A stretch of 64,000 bases of DNA from Bacteroidia bacterium (GCA_039630245.1 JBCNVK010000001.1:101625-165624); one strand, 5' to 3'; positions 50,053 to 60,448 are shown, counted from the first letter of the stretch. Numbers and translations are program-made. The notes: generated by a model not told the origin, from the sequence alone.

Positions 50053-52058
50053 GGGTTAGCTTCCGGGTAGCTACGGCCTTAGCTGGTCTGGCGCTCATTG
50101 GCCTCCTGCTATATGCGTGGCTCGGCTATTTTCCCAGCCAGGCCACTCTGCGGCTGGGGGTGGGCCTATTGAGCTTCTTGACAGGCTGGATAGGTGGCCA
50201 TGGGGTATTTACGGGATTGGTATCTCGCCGCTGGCGCACTCCCCACCGCCTCCTTCGTTGGAATGCGCTTCTAGTAATCTTAGGTCTAGGCCATACGCTT
50301 GTTTGGGCCTTTCTTACTTTTATCCTGAAAGAGGAGGCGGAGCAAAGGGTGGTCCATCTTCTCATGGGTATTTTGGAAATTGGGATTCTTACCCAGCTCG
50401 TCGGTCACCTTGTGATTGCGGCTGAGCTTACCCTTACCGCCCCTACTCCTCAAAAGCGCTGGACAGTCGTGCTCTTTGTAGTCTTAACCAGCTTAGTGGC
50501 GATTCTACGCGGGCTGCCTGCTGATCGGATCCCGCCAGCCTTAGGGCTTTATTCAAGCCTGTTACTATGGATAGGCCTTTTCCCTATACTTTACTTCAGC
50601 CAGTGGCTTCAGCGGATAGCCCCTATCTACCGTTCAGAAATCCTCTTCCTCATAGGGGGCTCCGCTGTAGCCCTTTTCTTGGAATGGCAGATCATACCCT
50701 CTCTCCTCCTTCCTTTCCCCGCGCCGCTTTTAGAAGTACTCCACCCCATCCTACTTATAACGATTTCCCTTCATGCGGGCTGGCTTATCCTTCCTCTACT
50801 TATTCGGCTTACGGGTATCAGCACAGGGGAAACCGACGTTTTGTGGCAGCTCACCGAATTTTTAGCCAAGCAGCAGCGCTCAGCCTCTATTTCAGAGGTA
50901 ATTGAGACCACGGCCGAAGTGCTTCGGCAGCTGCCAACCGTCCGCCTAGCGTTTATAGAAGTACGGGACTTCAATAAGACCTACCGTACAAATTCAACCG
51001 CTTATTCCCACTTAGTGGAGCCTCTCCACCAAGTGCTACGCCGTCATAGCGGGACCGACTCTTATGTTCAGCTTGTAGAGTCGCTTCAGAAGAAATACCC
51101 AGGCTTACCCGACGTGGCTGCTATTCTTGCGCAGCGGCCGATTGCGCGGCTTTCTGGAGCGGCGCTGCAGGGGGTCCTCAGTGCGGCCGTATTAGCGCAA
51201 GAGCGGGATGGCTTTGAGGAGGCCGACTTCCGCCTCATCAGTACGCTCCTAGAGCAAACGGCGCTTTTCTTAGAAAACCTGGATCGGCAGGCCTATCAAG
51301 AGCAGCTCCTCACGGCGCGTAAGGAAGCCGACTTCCTGCGCGAGACGCGGGAGGCTCTCCTGCCGCCACCCGCCCCCATTCTGCGCCACATAGACTTTCA
51401 TGTAGTGTTTGAGCCGTATGATCGGACCATCGGCGGGGATTACTACCAGATTCATGAGTACCCCGATGGTTCAGTAGATTTCCTGCTACTTGACAGCGCA
51501 GGAAGCGGTATAGCCGCTGCCTACCAGATGGCTCAAGCCCGCGGTGCCCTAAATACCCTTTGGCTGCGCCAGCTGACACCAGAAGCTTTTATGCTAGAGC
51601 TCAACGACGCTCTGCGACGCGTCTTTCACAAAAATAATTTCATAGCCGTTACGCTTCTAAGAATAGACCCCAATCGGCGGGAGTATACTTTGCTTAGGGC
51701 TGGGAGCCCGGAAGTGCTTTATTGGAACCCACTAATAGACCAAGTGGAAGTTCTACGGCCCTCGGGGATTGTTCTTGGAAACGCCTCCTCACAAATTATT
51801 GGACGCATCCTTACCCCAGAGCGCGGTCGTCTCATGGCCGGCAGCACTTTCGTATGCTTTAGCGATGGCTTTACGGAAGCCTCCAACGCAGAAGGGGAGA
51901 TGTTTGGGGTAGAGCGTATCATGGGGCTTTTTCAAGCCCACCACGACTTATCCGCACGCCAGCTAGCGCAGAAAATCAGGGAAGCCGCCCACGCCTTTGT
52001 AGGCAGTAGCTCCTTAGGCGATGACGGCACCCTAATTGTGGCCCGATTCCTCGGCTAA
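50049..52058 (+). CDS. Membrane-anchored PP2C/SpoIIE-family serine phosphatase with polytopic N-terminal sensor domain
   Basis: About 8 predicted TM helices in the N-terminal 270 aa, a middle GAF-like region, and a C-terminal PP2C core (...IGGDYYQI......[13 protein letters not shown]......FSDGFTEA...). Confidence 0.75.
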   Translation: MRVSFRVATALAGLALIGLLLYAWLGYFPSQATLRLGVGLLSFLTGWIGGHGVFTGLVSRRWRTPHRLLRWNALLVILGLGHTLVWAFLTFILKEEAEQRVVHLLMGILEIGILTQLVGHLVIAAELTLTAPTPQKRWTVVLFVVLTSLVAILRGLPADRIPPALGLYSSLLLWIGLFPILYFSQWLQRIAPIYRSEILFLIGGSAVALFLEWQIIPSLLLPFPAPLLEVLHPILLITISLHAGWLILPLLIRLTGISTGETDVLWQLTEFLAKQQRSASISEVIETTAEVLRQLPTVRLAFIEVRDFNKTYRTNSTAYSHLVEPLHQVLRRHSGTDSYVQLVESLQKKYPGLPDVAAILAQRPIARLSGAALQGVLSAAVLAQERDGFEEADFRLISTLLEQTALFLENLDRQAYQEQLLTARKEADFLRETREALLPPPAPILRHIDFHVVFEPYDRTIGGDYYQIHEYPDGSVDFLLLDSAGSGIAAAYQMAQARGALNTLWLRQLTPEAFMLELNDALRRVFHKNNFIAVTLLRIDPNRREYTLLRAGSPEVLYWNPLIDQVEVLRPSGIVLGNASSQIIGRILTPERGRLMAGSTFVCFSDGFTEASNAEGEMFGVERIMGLFQAHHDLSARQLAQKIREAAHAFVGSSSLGDDGTLIVARFLG

Positions 52059-53335
52059 TCTGGCAGACTTTGCGCCTGCTTGAGGAGCTTTCTGGTTTCC
52101 TCATACTCCGCTTCGTCTAGGTTTTCCTTCTGGGCCAGTTCTATTGCTCGGCTGAGGGCCTGTACAGCCTCGGCCTTACGGCGCAGCTTGTAATAAAGCG
52201 CCCCTAAGGTATCCCAGATATACCACTCCTCAGGAGCATACATAAGGGCTTGCTTGGCCCAGGTTACCGCTACCCATAGGTAGAAGGGATTGTCAATCTT
52301 TTCGTAAAATGTCCATGCCAAGTTATTAAGCTGGGCAGCTGATAACCGACGCTGGCCTTCATCTTCTGGCGGTTGAATTCGCCACTGAAACGCTACATAC
52401 CGCACGACTACTTGGGCCCATAAATCCAACTCCTCGGCCTTAGCCTGTTTAGAGCCCCAGTCAGATAAGCTCCCCAAAACAATCCCTTCTACAAACGGAA
52501 ATCTTTTTGCTTGGGCCTTTATAAATCGCTCCCCCTCCTCTATGGCTTGGGCTAAGGTAGCCTTACGCATAATTAGCTGTCCAAACTCCTCCATCAGCAT
52601 GGGTAGGTACAACCGCCTATAGGCTTGAGAATCCACGACCGCTCGCACACTGTCAGCAATACTCAGAGCATAGGTGCGGTAGCGCGGGTGAAGCTCGGCC
52701 AAGCTCCCTAAGAGCGTCAGGCCATCGGGCGCTTCCACCCAGCTTTTTCTGATAGAACCAGCGGCCCGTGTATAGGCAGACAATATTGTATCTACCCGGT
52801 TCAGCAGGTGAATCTCCACTACTCGCTGGAGGTAAGTGCGCAGAAACTCTAAGTTCCTTTCGCCTTTGTCAAAGCGCCGGTGCAGCTCCCTAAGTTCTAC
52901 ACGGCTTTTTTTGGCCTGCTCAAGGTTGTCCAAAAAGGCTTTCACAAGGGCCTCTTCGCTAGGTTGGGCTAGTTCGGGAAGGCCTAACTGGCGGTAAAAC
53001 TCCTCGCCCGACGGCTCCATACAGAGGAAGGTAGGAAAGGCCATGACCCCTCGGGCCTGGGCCAGCGAGTCAGCACCAGGGGTACTTTCCGACCCACTGC
53101 TGGCATAAACCTTTAGGGGTATAAAATCTTTTTGCACTGCCTCTTGGAAAGTTCTACTAGAGAGGACTTTTCGCTCAACTAACTTACAGGGACCGCACCA
53201 AGTGGCCGAAATCATAATCCAGAGCGGCTTTTTGGCTCGGCGCGCTTTAGCAAAGGCAGTCGGTATGTCCGTTTCATACCAGGAGCCCTGCGCCACTAAA
53301 ACGCTAATCCAGCCGAGAAACCCCACTCGCCTCAT
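52055..53335 (-). CDS. Exported thioredoxin-domain protein with C-terminal TPR region
   Basis: Signal peptide, then the WCGPCK motif (...ISATWCGPCKLVE...). C-terminal TPR-like repeats (...ALYYKLRRKAEAVQALSRAIEL...). Confidence 0.6.
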   Translation of the reverse strand: MRRVGFLGWISVLVAQGSWYETDIPTAFAKARRAKKPLWIMISATWCGPCKLVERKVLSSRTFQEAVQKDFIPLKVYASSGSESTPGADSLAQARGVMAFPTFLCMEPSGEEFYRQLGLPELAQPSEEALVKAFLDNLEQAKKSRVELRELHRRFDKGERNLEFLRTYLQRVVEIHLLNRVDTILSAYTRAAGSIRKSWVEAPDGLTLLGSLAELHPRYRTYALSIADSVRAVVDSQAYRRLYLPMLMEEFGQLIMRKATLAQAIEEGERFIKAQAKRFPFVEGIVLGSLSDWGSKQAKAEELDLWAQVVVRYVAFQWRIQPPEDEGQRRLSAAQLNNLAWTFYEKIDNPFYLWVAVTWAKQALMYAPEEWYIWDTLGALYYKLRRKAEAVQALSRAIELAQKENLDEAEYEETRKLLKQAQSLPD

Positions 53336-53361
53336 ACTTCAAAAGTATCCAACTTTGAGGG

Positions 53362-54348
53362 ATGCGCTTCCTTCTAGTACGGCTAAGTAGCATGGGGGAT
53401 GTCTTACTTACTACGCCACTTATACGAGCCTTAGCCGAGCGGTTTCCTAAGGCAGAGATTCACTTTCTCACACGTGCCCCTTACAAGCCGCTATTGGCGC
53501 ATCATCCTTTGCTCTACGCCGTACATATCTGGCCGCCAAGCCGTGAGGTTCGGCAGATTTTCTGGGAAGGCGTTTTAGATCTTCAGAAGAACCTTCGTAC
53601 GCTTCCCTTGCGGTGGCGCCTGCGCTACAGGCACTTCACTACCTTCCCAAAGGAAAACTGGCGCAAATGGCTTATGGTGCGGCGCAAGCAGCCCCTACCC
53701 ATAGCGCACATAGTGATACGCTATGGACAGGCGCTGGCGCCATGGGGTATCCCAGCCGAAACCCTCGGCCCCTTGGAAGTTTATATCCCAGCGGAGCTAA
53801 TCGCCAAAGTACAGGCTGAAATGCAGGCCTTACACCAAGGTCCCTGGCTAGCCGTTGGATTAGGCGGCACGTATGCTACGAAAAGGTGGCCCGTGGCGTA
53901 CTATATGGAACTGCTTCAGCGGCTGAGGCTGCCAGTGGTGCTCTTGGGTGGAGCGCCCGAAGCGCCAGCGGCCGAGGCCATCGCCAGTGCCCTGCCGCAG
54001 CCTGCGCTCATAGGTGCGGGGCGCTATACGCTCTTGGAAACCGCCGCCGCTATCAGCTTAGCCGAAGCCGTACTTAGCCATGATACGGGCACGGCCCACC
54101 TCAGCGCGGCCTTCCGTAAGCCTACCCTCGTACTGTGGGGTAATACCATCCCAGCTTTTGGCATGACGCCTTGGCAGACCCCTTACCTTGGCTTAGAAAT
54201 CCAAGGCCTAAACTGCCGACCTTGCAGTAAGCTGGGCTTCAGCCGCTGCCCCAAAGGCCACCACGACTGCCTGCGAGGCCTTACCCCTAACTATGTAGAA
54301 GGCTGCCTCATGCAGTTTTTCAATAATCTAGCGGTCTCCTTCTCTTAG
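53362..54348 (+). CDS. Glycosyltransferase family 9 (LPS heptosyltransferase-like)
   Basis: N-terminus MRFLLVRLSSMGDVLLTTPLIRAL..., typical of GT9. C-terminal ...GNDTG..H.A-like region (HDTGTAHLSAA). Confidence 0.7.
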   Translation: MRFLLVRLSSMGDVLLTTPLIRALAERFPKAEIHFLTRAPYKPLLAHHPLLYAVHIWPPSREVRQIFWEGVLDLQKNLRTLPLRWRLRYRHFTTFPKENWRKWLMVRRKQPLPIAHIVIRYGQALAPWGIPAETLGPLEVYIPAELIAKVQAEMQALHQGPWLAVGLGGTYATKRWPVAYYMELLQRLRLPVVLLGGAPEAPAAEAIASALPQPALIGAGRYTLLETAAAISLAEAVLSHDTGTAHLSAAFRKPTLVLWGNTIPAFGMTPWQTPYLGLEIQGLNCRPCSKLGFSRCPKGHHDCLRGLTPNYVEGCLMQFFNNLAVSFS

Positions 54349-54366
54349 AGCGCTAAATTTAGCCAG

Positions 54367-55488
54367 ATGCTGTGGGAAGTCGCGCGGGTAATCAGCCGCT
54401 GGGTAGGGGAAATTCCCTTTGTGCGGCGGCATTATGAGGGGATAGGAAGCATTTTGCTCTTCCACCGATTTGTGCCGCCTCCTCGGGAAGGATGGCCCGC
54501 CCTGCCGCCTTGGTATCAGCCCTGCAGGCGCCTTAGCGCCATGTGGAAGTACTACCATCCCGCTTGGAGTGAGGCGCGCGCCGATGCCCTCTCTGTCTCT
54601 CCCTATCACTTAGAACGGCTAATTATGGCTCTGCGCGCCAGAGGCTACCGCTTCGTCTCTTTAGATACCCTTTTAGCGGCTATGCACCAGCCCGCACCGC
54701 CGCGCCGCCTCGTGTGCCTAACTATAGACGAAGGCTATACCGACCTATGTACGCATGCCCTTCCCGTTTTTGAACGCTGGCAGGTGCCTTTCACGGTATA
54801 TGTAGTGGTAGCGTATGCGGAGCGGCGGCTCTTTCCCTGGTGGCTAGGCTTGGAGGATTTACTACGTCAGGGTCGCGCTTTTCACCTAGGCGCTACCCTC
54901 TATCGGCCCGGTAGCTGGGCTGCACGCGGCCAACTTCTACTTAAGCTGAAAGCCGCACTCATTCAACGCCCTCCTGAAGAGGCCTGTAGGCTGGTAGAGC
55001 GGGCTTTGTGTGAGGTAGGTTTGCCCGTTGAGCCATACTATGCGGCTACTCTGGATTGGAGGGCTCTAGAAAAGCTCGCACGCCATCCACTCTGCCACTT
55101 AGGCGCGCATACACTGACGCATCCCCGCCTTACCACGCTCCCTGAAGCCCAGGCCTGGGACGAAATCGCCCAATCCAAAGAGGTATTAGAAACCCGATTA
55201 GGCCAGCCCATACGCCATTTTGCCTATCCCTATGGCTCGGTAGAGGCTGTATCCCTACGCGAGGCAAAGATGATAGAGGCAGCTGGCTACGTCAGTGCCG
55301 TAACTACGGGCGGTGGTAGTATTTATCCTGAGCACCGGGGTATGCGATATGGTCTGCCCCGCCGCCGCATTCTAGAGGATAGCACAGCAGCTGATCTCTA
55401 TCGGCCCCGCCAGCGCCGGCTGGTGGGTTATCCGTATTCCAGCCCTAGTCCGCTGGCGGCGATAGAGGAAATACAGGGTTTAGGGTAG
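54367..55488 (+). CDS. Polysaccharide deacetylase family protein
   Basis: ...LTIDEGYTD... and ...HTLTHPRLT..., the NodB-homology motifs (DDG-type and HxxxH). Confidence 0.7.
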   Translation: MLWEVARVISRWVGEIPFVRRHYEGIGSILLFHRFVPPPREGWPALPPWYQPCRRLSAMWKYYHPAWSEARADALSVSPYHLERLIMALRARGYRFVSLDTLLAAMHQPAPPRRLVCLTIDEGYTDLCTHALPVFERWQVPFTVYVVVAYAERRLFPWWLGLEDLLRQGRAFHLGATLYRPGSWAARGQLLLKLKAALIQRPPEEACRLVERALCEVGLPVEPYYAATLDWRALEKLARHPLCHLGAHTLTHPRLTTLPEAQAWDEIAQSKEVLETRLGQPIRHFAYPYGSVEAVSLREAKMIEAAGYVSAVTTGGGSIYPEHRGMRYGLPRRRILEDSTAADLYRPRQRRLVGYPYSSPSPLAAIEEIQGLG

Positions 55489-55573
55489 AACGGCCAAAAA
55501 AGGCCCGTGCATCCTCGCTATCTGACATATGTCCTAATCGGGCTGCGGCTTGGGAAGCGTGGTGCTAAGTAAT

Positions 55574-55587
55574 TGGCTAATTAGCCA
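55574..55587. repeat. Perfect 14-bp palindrome TGGCTAATTAGCCA in the xerD-like leader
   Basis: Read directly from the sequence. Lies about 35 bp upstream of the recombinase start. Confidence 0.5.
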
Positions 55588-55620
55588 CTGCCTCTGGGTG
55601 CGACGCTGTATCTTTAGAGT

Positions 55621-56481
55621 ATGCTAGAGGATTTTTTGGCCTATTTGGAAGGGGTGCGTAAGGCTAGTCCGCATACACGGCGGGCGTATGCCGAGGACCT
55701 GCGGGGTTGGCAGCGCTTCTGTCAGGAGTTTCATGGGTTTGATCCGCTGGCTTCGCCCCAAGCTTGGCGAGCAGCGCGGCCTGAGCAGATTTGGGCTTGG
55801 CTAAGCCGTTTTGAAAAGCCGACTACGCGGGCCCGCAAGGTAGCGGCGCTCCGGCGGTTTGACGCCTACCTCCGCAAAGTACTGAATCAGCCTGGCCTGA
55901 AGCACCTACCCACTACACCTCGCCAACCTCAGCGGCTTCCTATCCCCTTGCCTGCACATCAGCTTCAAGCTGAGCTGACAGCTCTGGCCAAGGATCCCCC
56001 AAGCTTTGCTACCCTGCGCGATCGGCTTACCTTAGAGCTCCTGTATGGATGTGGCCTGCGGCGCAGTGAAGTCGTAGCCCTCCGCCTTGACCAGGTCCAC
56101 CTAAGTCGCCGAGAGCTCCATCTCATGGGTAAAGGTGGCCGATGGCGTATTGTACCCCTTTACCCTTTGCTTGTTGAACTGCTTAGCGCTTACCTTCCCC
56201 TACGTCAGGTGCTAGCGCCCAATCACCCTTATCTCCTCTGTACGGACAAAGGGCGGCCCTTTTATCCAGAGGCCGTCTATCGCTTAGTGCGGCGCTACTT
56301 AGGCACTCATCCGCATCGCCTGCGTCACAGCTTCGCCACCCACTTAGTGCAGAATGGGGCTAATGTCCAAGCCGTACGCGACCTTCTCGGCCATAGCAGT
56401 TTAGCTACTACCCAAAAGTACCTAGCGATTACCCCCACAGACCTCCGTAAGGCCTACGATAAGTACCATCCGCACGCTTAA
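55621..56481 (+). CDS. xerD: Tyrosine recombinase XerC/XerD family
   Basis: C-terminal catalytic region ...HRLRHSFATHLVQNGANVQAVRDLLGHSSLATTQKYLAIT..., covering the R..HxxR..Y catalytic residues. About 286 aa. Confidence 0.8.
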   Translation: MLEDFLAYLEGVRKASPHTRRAYAEDLRGWQRFCQEFHGFDPLASPQAWRAARPEQIWAWLSRFEKPTTRARKVAALRRFDAYLRKVLNQPGLKHLPTTPRQPQRLPIPLPAHQLQAELTALAKDPPSFATLRDRLTLELLYGCGLRRSEVVALRLDQVHLSRRELHLMGKGGRWRIVPLYPLLVELLSAYLPLRQVLAPNHPYLLCTDKGRPFYPEAVYRLVRRYLGTHPHRLRHSFATHLVQNGANVQAVRDLLGHSSLATTQKYLAITPTDLRKAYDKYHPHA

Positions 56482-56500
56482 AATCGTTTATTTTGAAGCT

Positions 56501-57775
56501 ATGGACTGGCGCTCGTACAAGCCGCTCATCCTCCCAAACATACCTAACCTCCATGAAATCAGCGTGTATGAGTCGCAGGGAGGCTACGAGGCCTTCCGTA
56601 AGGTACTCCAGGAAAAGTCCCCCGCTGCTGTCATGGAAGAAGTCAAGGCGGCTAATATCCGAGGCCGAGGCGGTGCAGGCTTTAACGCCGGCCTTAAATG
56701 GAGCTTCATGCCTCCTAAAAAAGAAGGCGTACCACGCTACTTAGCCGCAAATGGTGATGAGTCCGAGCCCGGCACCTTCAAGGATCGCCGAATTCTAGAA
56801 TTCAACCCCCACCTCTTTATAGAGGGGGCGCTCATTGCGGCGTATGCCATGCAGGTAGAGGCCGTCTATGTATATGTGCGGGGGGAGTATGCCGACTGGA
56901 TAGATCGCCTCCAAAAAGCCTTGGACCAGGCTTATGCGCGAGGGTATGTGGGGCGCAACATCTTAGGCACTAGCTTCAGTACCGAAATCTATGTGCATCG
57001 GGGCGCAGGGGCCTATATCTGCGGTGAAGAAACTGGCCTCATGGAATCCTTAGAAGGCAAGCGGGCCTATCCCCGCTATAAGCCGCCCTTTCCTGCGCAG
57101 AAAGGGCTATGGGGCTGCCCCACTACCATCAACAACGTAGAAACCCTAGCCCATGTGCCCTTAGTTATACGCTTGGGGGCGCCAGCTTACACGCAGATTG
57201 GCGCGCCCGAGCACCCAGGCCCCCTGCTTTATGGCATTTCAGGTCACGTGAATCGCCCAGGGCTGTATGAGTACCCCAGCGGAATGCTCATCACTGACCT
57301 TATCTACGAAGTAGCGGGCGGTGTGCGTCAAGGCCGAAAGCTTAAAGGCGTCGTGCCAGGCGGCTCCTCCACCCCTATTCTCTTGCCAGAGGAGGTGGAA
57401 GGCGTCCGCATGACTATGGATAGCCTACGCAAAGTAGGCTCCATGCTGGGTACCGCCGGCATGCTCGTATTAGATGAGACTACCGATATGATACGTTTTG
57501 CCTATCGGATTGCGGCCTTTTACAAGCATGAGTCCTGTGGTCAGTGCACCCCCTGCCGGGAAGGTACGGGCTGGCTCAAGCAAATCCTTCACCGCTTTTT
57601 AGATGGTAGCGCCACCTACGCTGATATAGATCGCCTGCTCAGCGTGGCTAATCAGATGGAGGGCCGCACCATCTGCGCCTTAGCGGATGCGGCTGTATGG
57701 CCGATTCGGGCGATCATTCAGAAGTACCGCAAGGAATTTGAAGCAGCGGCTCGCCCCGCCCTCGTCCCCGTGTAA
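56501..57775 (+). CDS. nuoF: NADH-quinone oxidoreductase subunit F homolog (51-kDa FMN/NADH-binding, [4Fe-4S])
   Basis: ...RGRGGAGFNAGLKWSF......ANGDESEPGTFKDRRI... and the C-terminal ESCGQCTPCREGTGW. Confidence 0.85.
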   Translation: MDWRSYKPLILPNIPNLHEISVYESQGGYEAFRKVLQEKSPAAVMEEVKAANIRGRGGAGFNAGLKWSFMPPKKEGVPRYLAANGDESEPGTFKDRRILEFNPHLFIEGALIAAYAMQVEAVYVYVRGEYADWIDRLQKALDQAYARGYVGRNILGTSFSTEIYVHRGAGAYICGEETGLMESLEGKRAYPRYKPPFPAQKGLWGCPTTINNVETLAHVPLVIRLGAPAYTQIGAPEHPGPLLYGISGHVNRPGLYEYPSGMLITDLIYEVAGGVRQGRKLKGVVPGGSSTPILLPEEVEGVRMTMDSLRKVGSMLGTAGMLVLDETTDMIRFAYRIAAFYKHESCGQCTPCREGTGWLKQILHRFLDGSATYADIDRLLSVANQMEGRTICALADAAVWPIRAIIQKYRKEFEAAARPALVPV

Positions 57776-57813
57776 GGGCACGGTTTTTGATACCTTTGCG
57801 GATAGCCTGAGCT

Positions 57814-58338
57814 ATGCTGACACCCGTAGAAATTCAAAATCAGTCTTTTAACCGAACCTTTCGCGGCTACGATCCCGATGAGGTCCGTAGCTTTCTGCGT
57901 CAGGTAGCTCAGGAGTGGGGCCACTTGGTAGAAGAGCGCCAATCCCTGCGCCAAAAGCTGGAGCAGCTCACCTCCGAAATCAACCGATATAAAGAAATGG
58001 AGGCCCTTCTCCAGCGCACGCTTTTGCAAGCTGAGGAAGCAAGCCAACATACCATCCAGAATGCCGAGAAAAAAGCCAGCCTTATCGTAGAAGAAGCCCG
58101 CCAAAAAGCCGAGGAAATATTGAAGGCGGCTCGCTACCAGAAAGAGCAGATAGAAGAATCCATTCAATCCCTTCTTCAAAGGCGTCAGGATATTCTTCTG
58201 GAGCTGCGGAGCTTTCTTCAGCTTCAGCTTGAGCGGCTTGAGCAGCTGACGCAGGGCACTTCGGCTTCCCCCCCAGGGGTTCGTCCTAGTCAAATGAGCG
58301 GCTCTATTTGGGCCAGTAAAATCGCTGAACGCCTATGA
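57814..58338 (+). CDS. DivIVA-domain protein
   Basis: N-terminus LTPVEIQNQSFNRTFRGYDPDEVRSFL, then a long coiled coil. Confidence 0.8.
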   Translation: MLTPVEIQNQSFNRTFRGYDPDEVRSFLRQVAQEWGHLVEERQSLRQKLEQLTSEINRYKEMEALLQRTLLQAEEASQHTIQNAEKKASLIVEEARQKAEEILKAARYQKEQIEESIQSLLQRRQDILLELRSFLQLQLERLEQLTQGTSASPPGVRPSQMSGSIWASKIAERL

Positions 58339-58901
58339 TTCTTTCCGATACCCAGATTCTGGAGGCTATTAGGCGAGGTGAGTTACGGATAGAGCCTTTC
58401 CGACGCGAGGCGCTGGGTAGCAATAGTTACGATGTTCATTTGGGCCCATATCTACGGGTTTATGCTGCACCTACCTTAGATGCGCGCCGCCCTACGCCGA
58501 GTACCCTTCTCAAAATACCCCCGCGCGGTCTCTACCTTGTGCCGGGGGTACTTTACTTAGGCGTTACGGAGGAATACACCGAAAGCCACGCCTATGTGCC
58601 TTTCTTAGAGGGGAAAAGTAGTGTCGGTCGGCTGGGCATTCAAATACACGCTACCGCCAGCAAGGGCGACATAGGCTTCTGCAATCACTGGACATTGGAA
58701 ATTTCTGTCCTACAGCCAGTGCGCGTGTATGCGGGTATGCCGATTGGCCAGCTTATCTTCTTTGTCCTAGAGGGAGAAGTGGCTGTACCCTACGGCCAGA
58801 AGGCCAGCGCCAAATACGCCCAGCGCAACCCTCTCCCCATGCCCTCGCTCTACTGGAAAAACTTCGCTAATCATGAAGATACCTTTACACACCGCTCGTG
58901 A
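58335..58901 (+). CDS. dcd: dCTP deaminase
   Basis: N-terminus MILSDTQILEAIRRGELRIEPF... and ...SYDVHLG.... Confidence 0.85.
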   Translation: MILSDTQILEAIRRGELRIEPFRREALGSNSYDVHLGPYLRVYAAPTLDARRPTPSTLLKIPPRGLYLVPGVLYLGVTEEYTESHAYVPFLEGKSSVGRLGIQIHATASKGDIGFCNHWTLEISVLQPVRVYAGMPIGQLIFFVLEGEVAVPYGQKASAKYAQRNPLPMPSLYWKNFANHEDTFTHRS

Positions 58902-59880
58902 GATAGCGCAGCTGGTAGAAGGTGTCCTTTTAGGAGACCCAGAGGTTTGCGCTACAGGTATCAATGAGATTCATCGGGTTGAACCCGGGGATATCACCTT
59001 CAGCGATGTGCCTAAGTATTTGCGGCGGGCCTTAGAAAGCCCAGCCTCTATTATCCTAGTCAACCAAGAAATAGAAGTACCGCCAGGTAAAGCCCTCATC
59101 CTCACCCCTTTTCCATTTCGCAGCTTTAATAAGCTCCTAGAACATTTTGCGCCAGCCACTCCCCCCACTTTTGCGCCTTCCTCGGCCTACTTTCCCGAGG
59201 TGGAAATTGGCCAGAATGTGATTATCGGTGAGGGTACTTTTATTGAGCCAGGCTGTAAAATTGGCCACAATACCGTCATAGGCCCCCACTGCTACATTGG
59301 TCGGAACACCATCATCTATCCTAACGTATCCATTGGTGCACACACTTACATCGGCAGCCATGTGCTTATCCAGTCAGGCTGTGTAATTGGCGGGGAGGCC
59401 TTTTACTACAAACGCTTTCCAGAAGGCTCCGAACGCCTTTTGAGTAAAGGGCGCGTAGTTATTGGCGACTATGTAGAAATAGGAGCTAACACCACGATTG
59501 ACCGCGGCGTTACCTCAGATACCTATATCGGCGACCACACCAAAATAGACAACCTAGTTCAGATTGGGCATGATACCTTCATCGGACGCTACTGCCAGAT
59601 AGCTGCGCAGGTAGGGATAGCAGGCACGTGTATTATAGAGGATGGGGTGGTGCTGTGGGGGCAAGTGGGCGTACCGAGCGGGATTCGGATAGGTGCTAAG
59701 GCCACTGTGCTGGCTAAATCCGGCGTTTTGGCCTCCCTTCCAGGAAATAAGGTTTATTTCGGCTTTATCGCTAAGGAGGTGAAAAAGGCTTGGCGGGAAA
59801 TTGCTTCTATGGGTCAGCTGCCGCGGCTTTTGCGCGCCCTTGAGCCCTCCTCGAATGGTGGCACCGATGAAAACTCTTAA
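58873..59880 (+). CDS. lpxD: UDP-3-O-acylglucosamine N-acyltransferase
   Basis: N-terminal domain ...AREIAQLVEG...GINEI..., then extended hexapeptide repeats. Confidence 0.88.
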   Translation: MKIPLHTAREIAQLVEGVLLGDPEVCATGINEIHRVEPGDITFSDVPKYLRRALESPASIILVNQEIEVPPGKALILTPFPFRSFNKLLEHFAPATPPTFAPSSAYFPEVEIGQNVIIGEGTFIEPGCKIGHNTVIGPHCYIGRNTIIYPNVSIGAHTYIGSHVLIQSGCVIGGEAFYYKRFPEGSERLLSKGRVVIGDYVEIGANTTIDRGVTSDTYIGDHTKIDNLVQIGHDTFIGRYCQIAAQVGIAGTCIIEDGVVLWGQVGVPSGIRIGAKATVLAKSGVLASLPGNKVYFGFIAKEVKKAWREIASMGQLPRLLRALEPSSNGGTDENS

Positions 59881-60448
59881 GAACGCCCTTCGGGTTTTCC
59901 TGCAATATTTTCTACGCGGCGTCTTTCTTTTTCTTCCGGCTTTAGCTACGATGTATGTGATATGGCTAATCCTACGCTGGCTGGATAACCTTCTACCAGT
60001 TCGGCTGCCTGGAATGGGGATCTTCCTGCTTTGTGTAGGCATAGCGGCTCTAGGCTATATCGGTACCCACTGGCTAGGCCCCACGATTATGGCCTCGCTG
60101 GAAGAGCGGATTCGGCGGATACCCTTTATTGGCTTCATTTACAGCTCGGTGCGCGAGCTGGTAGAGAGCTCCCGCCAAGGGCTGCGTTTTGACAAGCCTG
60201 TACTAGTGCAAGTAGGTACAGAACCGCCACTTTATCGGATAGGCTTTCTGACGCACGAGCGGCCTTTACCTGACCAACCTCTCGTAGCGGTGTATATGCC
60301 CTATTCCTTTGGGTTTATGGGCGATTTATGGCTTCTACCTTCTAACTACGTGCAGCCGCTGAAGCTATCCTCGGCGGAAGTGCTACGGTTTGTACTAGCT
60401 GGCGGACTGGTAAGGCCCTCTAAATCAGTCAGTGCTTTCCCTGCATGA
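59867..60448 (+). CDS. DUF502-family membrane protein
   Basis: Start refined to the ATG at 59867. Two N-terminal TM helices, then ...RIPFIGFIYSSVREL.... Confidence 0.6.
   Translation: MKTLKNALRVFLQYFLRGVFLFLPALATMYVIWLILRWLDNLLPVRLPGMGIFLLCVGIAALGYIGTHWLGPTIMASLEERIRRIPFIGFIYSSVRELVESSRQGLRFDKPVLVQVGTEPPLYRIGFLTHERPLPDQPLVAVYMPYSFGFMGDLWLLPSNYVQPLKLSSAEVLRFVLAGGLVRPSKSVSAFPA

Noticed and set aside
55621-56481. Tyrosine recombinase as marker of an integrated mobile element
   Set aside because: The size and motifs fit chromosomal XerC/XerD. The neighbours are housekeeping genes (deacetylase, nuoF, divIVA, dcd, lpxD). There are no flanking direct repeats, no tRNA-adjacent attachment site, and no phage or conjugation genes.
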